Assembly (NCBI GenBank): GCA_048886685.1
Contig: JBHLKM010000021.1
Location: 1 to 62,889 of the forward strand
Direction: 5' to 3'
Length of the DNA stretch: 62,889 nucleotides
Source of the DNA: Candidatus Hodarchaeota archaeon
GTDB lineage: Archaea > Asgardarchaeota > Lokiarchaeia > Sigyniarchaeales > SOKP01
Shown here: in pieces, positions 60,066 to 62,889 of the stretch
Position numbering within the stretch: position 1 is the stretch's first letter
Layout of the letters: each line of letters opens with the position of its first letter
Notes under the pieces: model-generated
The model's database searches: none
The model's input: the letters and a program-made list of their open reading frames with translations, nothing else
What the model was told of the DNA's origin: nothing
Translations under genes and position numbers: made by a program

Positions 60066-60329
60066 CTTTTTTCACTTAATAATTTGGATTCTCAATTATT
60101 GATAAATGCTAATTCTATATAAGAATAGTCTTATATGTTTAATTATTTAAATTTCTATAATTTCTATTAGAATAAGGAAAATCTTTCTGTAGAAGGGTTG
60201 AAGATATCATACTTTTTTGAGTATTATTTCAACCAATAATTTTTTATATAAAAGGTGTTTTTAATAAAGATAATTCAGCTGAAAAAATGAGTTTTTATTA
60301 AAATTTAGTGCTTTTTTTAATAAGAGAAG

Positions 60330-62006
60330 TTGAGTATTATGGAACTTGAAAAAGTAGAGAAAAAAGGATTTGAGATCGCAGAAGAGATGGAAAGCAAGAG
60401 AGCTATGGAAGAAAAAATGCAAGAAGAGCTTAAATATGAAAAACGCCATCAAGACTGGACCTATAAGATATTAAAATTCAATCCAATTGACCCCTTGAAT
60501 GACCTTTACAGATATATTATCAAACGATTGGATTTGAAGAAAATAGAAGGGCGGCTTCAGTGGTGGGCGGCCTATATCTACATCAAATGGGCGGTTCGAA
60601 CGTTCTGGAACTTTAAAGCGGAATATCCAAGGGGAAACATGTTCCCAGAGTGGGGACCGGGCATTCTCGTCGGAAATCACGAGTCACACATAGATCCTTT
60701 CTTTTTTGGCGCTGCCTGTCATCGTCGAATTCGCTACATGAGCAAACTCGATAATTTTAAAACACCTATTGTTAAAACTCTCTTTAATAATCTTGGAGCA
60801 TTTAGAGTTGACCGTGAGAATCCCCAAAGAGCATGGGAAAAAGCGAAAGAGATTATTCGAGGGGGAGAATGGGTTGGAATTTTTCCTGAGGGTACCCGCA
60901 GTTACGACGGGGAATTAGGTGATTTTAAAACTGGAGCCGTAAGACTTGCGATTGAGATGCAAGTACCAATAGTACCAATGGCCGTCATAGGTTCAAGAAA
61001 TGCACTCCCAAAAGGGAAGCTAGTTATGAAACCTACCCAAGTTAAAGTACGAGTCGGGGATCCAATCTACTATCAGGATTATAATATCAATTCAGTCTCC
61101 TATGATGATATCCGAAGATTAACAGACGAATTAAGAAATGTAGTTTGGGAATTACGAGAAGGAATCTATGGAAAAGAAGATGATGATGAGCTTTCAATTG
61201 GATCACCTGAAGAAGTCGAAAAGGAACGTAAATTCAATATAATGAGTTATTTAAAAGATCAAGCAAAAGGCGTGGTCCAACTCATTGATGATGCTTGGTA
61301 TGCTTTTCTAAGGAGTTTGGAAGAATTTGGTGTACGGGAGCAATTTCAGAGACCAGTACAGTGCTTCTCAGGAGATCTCGTCTGTGGATGGTCTGACCTA
61401 ATGATGCCATATAAAGCCATCGATTTTGATAAATATATACCTGCTGAAGGTGGTGTACTTATATGTCCAAGTCATAATTCTGAATGGGACGTGCTTATTT
61501 TAGCTGCAAGTATTATCTATCACCCACCAAGACGTGTTGCATATCAAATGGCAAAACAATCACTTTTTAAGATTCCTCTCGTAAATGCATGGGTTAGAGA
61601 CCATCATGCCTTTCCATTAAAACGAGGAATGCACGATGTAGATTCATTTGAATATGCTCGAAAATTACTCGAAGAAGGAAAAGTAGTGATAACATATCCA
61701 GAAGGTACCACTAATACAGGAAATGGTCAACTATTAGAGGGACATACTGGCCCAATGCGATTGGCAATTCAAACTAAGGTGCCAATAATTCCAATTGGAA
61801 TAACTGGTACGGAGAACACGTATCCAAAACGTGCAAAGATGCTAAACTTTTACAAGGGACAAGTATTGAAAGCAGGAAAACCATTTTTGGAGCATAAACA
61901 ATATTGGGATAAGCCAATGCCCGATTACGATGAACTTAAAAGACTGACTGCTAATATGATGGATCGAATCAGAGAATTACTTGTATATGATTCTCCAGAT
62001 GCGTAA
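60330..62006 (+). CDS. Tandem two-domain lysophospholipid/glycerol-phosphate acyltransferase (PlsC family)
   Basis: Domain 1 NHESHID and FPEGTRS; domain 2 SHNSEWD and YPEGTT. Confidence 0.9.
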   Translation: MSIMELEKVEKKGFEIAEEMESKRAMEEKMQEELKYEKRHQDWTYKILKFNPIDPLNDLYRYIIKRLDLKKIEGRLQWWAAYIYIKWAVRTFWNFKAEYPRGNMFPEWGPGILVGNHESHIDPFFFGAACHRRIRYMSKLDNFKTPIVKTLFNNLGAFRVDRENPQRAWEKAKEIIRGGEWVGIFPEGTRSYDGELGDFKTGAVRLAIEMQVPIVPMAVIGSRNALPKGKLVMKPTQVKVRVGDPIYYQDYNINSVSYDDIRRLTDELRNVVWELREGIYGKEDDDELSIGSPEEVEKERKFNIMSYLKDQAKGVVQLIDDAWYAFLRSLEEFGVREQFQRPVQCFSGDLVCGWSDLMMPYKAIDFDKYIPAEGGVLICPSHNSEWDVLILAASIIYHPPRRVAYQMAKQSLFKIPLVNAWVRDHHAFPLKRGMHDVDSFEYARKLLEEGKVVITYPEGTTNTGNGQLLEGHTGPMRLAIQTKVPIIPIGITGTENTYPKRAKMLNFYKGQVLKAGKPFLEHKQYWDKPMPDYDELKRLTANMMDRIRELLVYDSPDA

Positions 62007-62027
62007 AAGTTCTGAGGATTTAACCAA

Positions 62028-62273
62028 ATGGAATCAAGTGAGCAACAAAGCAAAAAAAAGATAAAAGTTGGTATTCCTAGAGCACATCATTTTTATAGGT
62101 ATTATCCTTTTTGGAAAAAATTACTTGAAGAGTTAAATGTAGAACTTGTCTTAAGCCCTCCTACTAATAAAAAAATTGTTGAAGAGGGAGTTACACATCG
62201 ATTTGGGGAATTATGCATCCCAGTAAAGATATATTACGGACAAGGTTTGGAATTGGTTAGGGACTGTGTTTGA
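62028..62273 (+). pseudogene. Truncated DUF2229 / 2-hydroxyacyl-CoA dehydratase activase-associated domain protein
   Basis: KVGIPRA...Y.PFW..L..L...V.S..T.K.I...G......E.C.P.KI..G pattern; stops at 81 aa. Confidence 0.7.
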
Positions 62274-62274
62274 C

Positions 62275-62889
62275 ATGAGCGAAGAAAAACTAGCAATACA
62301 TAAAAGAAAAGTAGAAGCGATCTCTGAAATGGTTAGAAATGCGTACGATAACGCGAAGCCGGGGGAATATTTCTCTCTAAAAAAGGCGAGCGTTTCCCAC
62401 ATGGCTCCACAGCCGGATAACCCGATCTATAGTGACAAGCCAATAGACGTGAGGTCACTTACAGACATTATTGAGATAAACACGGATACAAGGACGTGTA
62501 TTGCAGAAGCAGGGGTTACTTTTGTTAGGCTTGCAAGAGAAACCTTAAAGTATGGGCTCGTACCGCAATGTGTTTCCGAGCTCAAGGGAATCACGATAGG
62601 CGGGGCAGTAGCAGGATGTTCAGTTGAATCCATGTCTTTCAAGTATGGGGGATTTTTCGATTCCTGTGAAGAAATAGAGATTGTGACAGGAACAGGTGAC
62701 ATAATGTTATGCACGAAAAGTGATAACCATGAAATATTCGAGATGCTGCACGGGAGTTTCGGCACGATTGCAATCATCACGCTCCTGAAGTTCAGGCTCG
62801 TTCCAGCAAAAGAGTGCGTCCGCATCGATTACATCCGTTACGATACTTTTAGTGAATACATGGAAGCTATCAAGCAACACTACGAAAAG
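62275..62889 (+). CDS. FAD-binding (VAO-fold) oxidoreductase, DHCR24/TmsA-like; 3'-truncated by window edge and missed by the ORF track
   Basis: 205 open codons: MSEEKLAIHKRKVEAI...AEAGVTF..L...L.YGLVP..V.EL.GITIGGAVAGCSVESMSFKYG.F.DSC..IEIVTG.G...HGSFGT. Confidence 0.82.
   Translation, partial: MSEEKLAIHKRKVEAISEMVRNAYDNAKPGEYFSLKKASVSHMAPQPDNPIYSDKPIDVRSLTDIIEINTDTRTCIAEAGVTFVRLARETLKYGLVPQCVSELKGITIGGAVAGCSVESMSFKYGGFFDSCEEIEIVTGTGDIMLCTKSDNHEIFEMLHGSFGTIAIITLLKFRLVPAKECVRIDYIRYDTFSEYMEAIKQHYEK

Noticed and set aside
62271-62303. Selenocysteine readthrough of the TGA ending the DUF2229 fragment
   Set aside because: The frame hits TAA nine codons later with no family-like sequence, and I see no SECIS-like element.
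62211-62825. Minus-strand ORFs 62211..62402 and 62427..62825
   Set aside because: Antisense shadows of the + strand FAD oxidoreductase.
1-62889. CRISPR arrays, tRNA/rRNA genes, transposases, integrases
   Set aside because: No spaced repeats, GC-rich stable-RNA islands or recombinase motifs were seen.

Overview
A gene-dense, AT-rich chromosomal segment that is almost certainly from an Asgard archaeon (Lokiarchaeia-like). Support: a longin-small GTPase fusion, a Rab-like GTPase, a V4R protein, an IPGY-TM-basic (Loki-CTERM-type) surface protein, an MCT-1/PUA protein, a short XPF, F420-linked genes, GGTGA ribosome-binding sites and oligo-T terminators. Most genes serve heterotrophic metabolism and transport: beta-oxidation enzymes, tryptophanase, the HypD glycyl-radical enzyme, a sulfatase, a CoA-transferase, four QueG/reductive-dehalogenase-like Fe-S proteins, and ABC and MFS transporters. 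I saw no rRNA, tRNA, CRISPR array or transposase. The best leads are: (i) an FrhB-TrmB fusion, a candidate F420/redox-sensing transcription factor, behind a leaderless Ile/Leu/Val-rich uORF with mutually exclusive RNA helices; (ii) a bacterial-type lipid locus at the right edge (tandem-PlsC acyltransferase, a truncated DUF2229/PlsA-Ger-like gene, and an unannotated DHCR24/TmsA-like FAD oxidoreductase); (iii) a ~105-nt G-U-rich hairpin leader and other structured 5' leaders; (iv) several genes whose conserved N-termini need CTG/ATT starts; (v) readable operators for the PadR and RHH regulators. All family calls come from motif recognition by eye, with no database searches.
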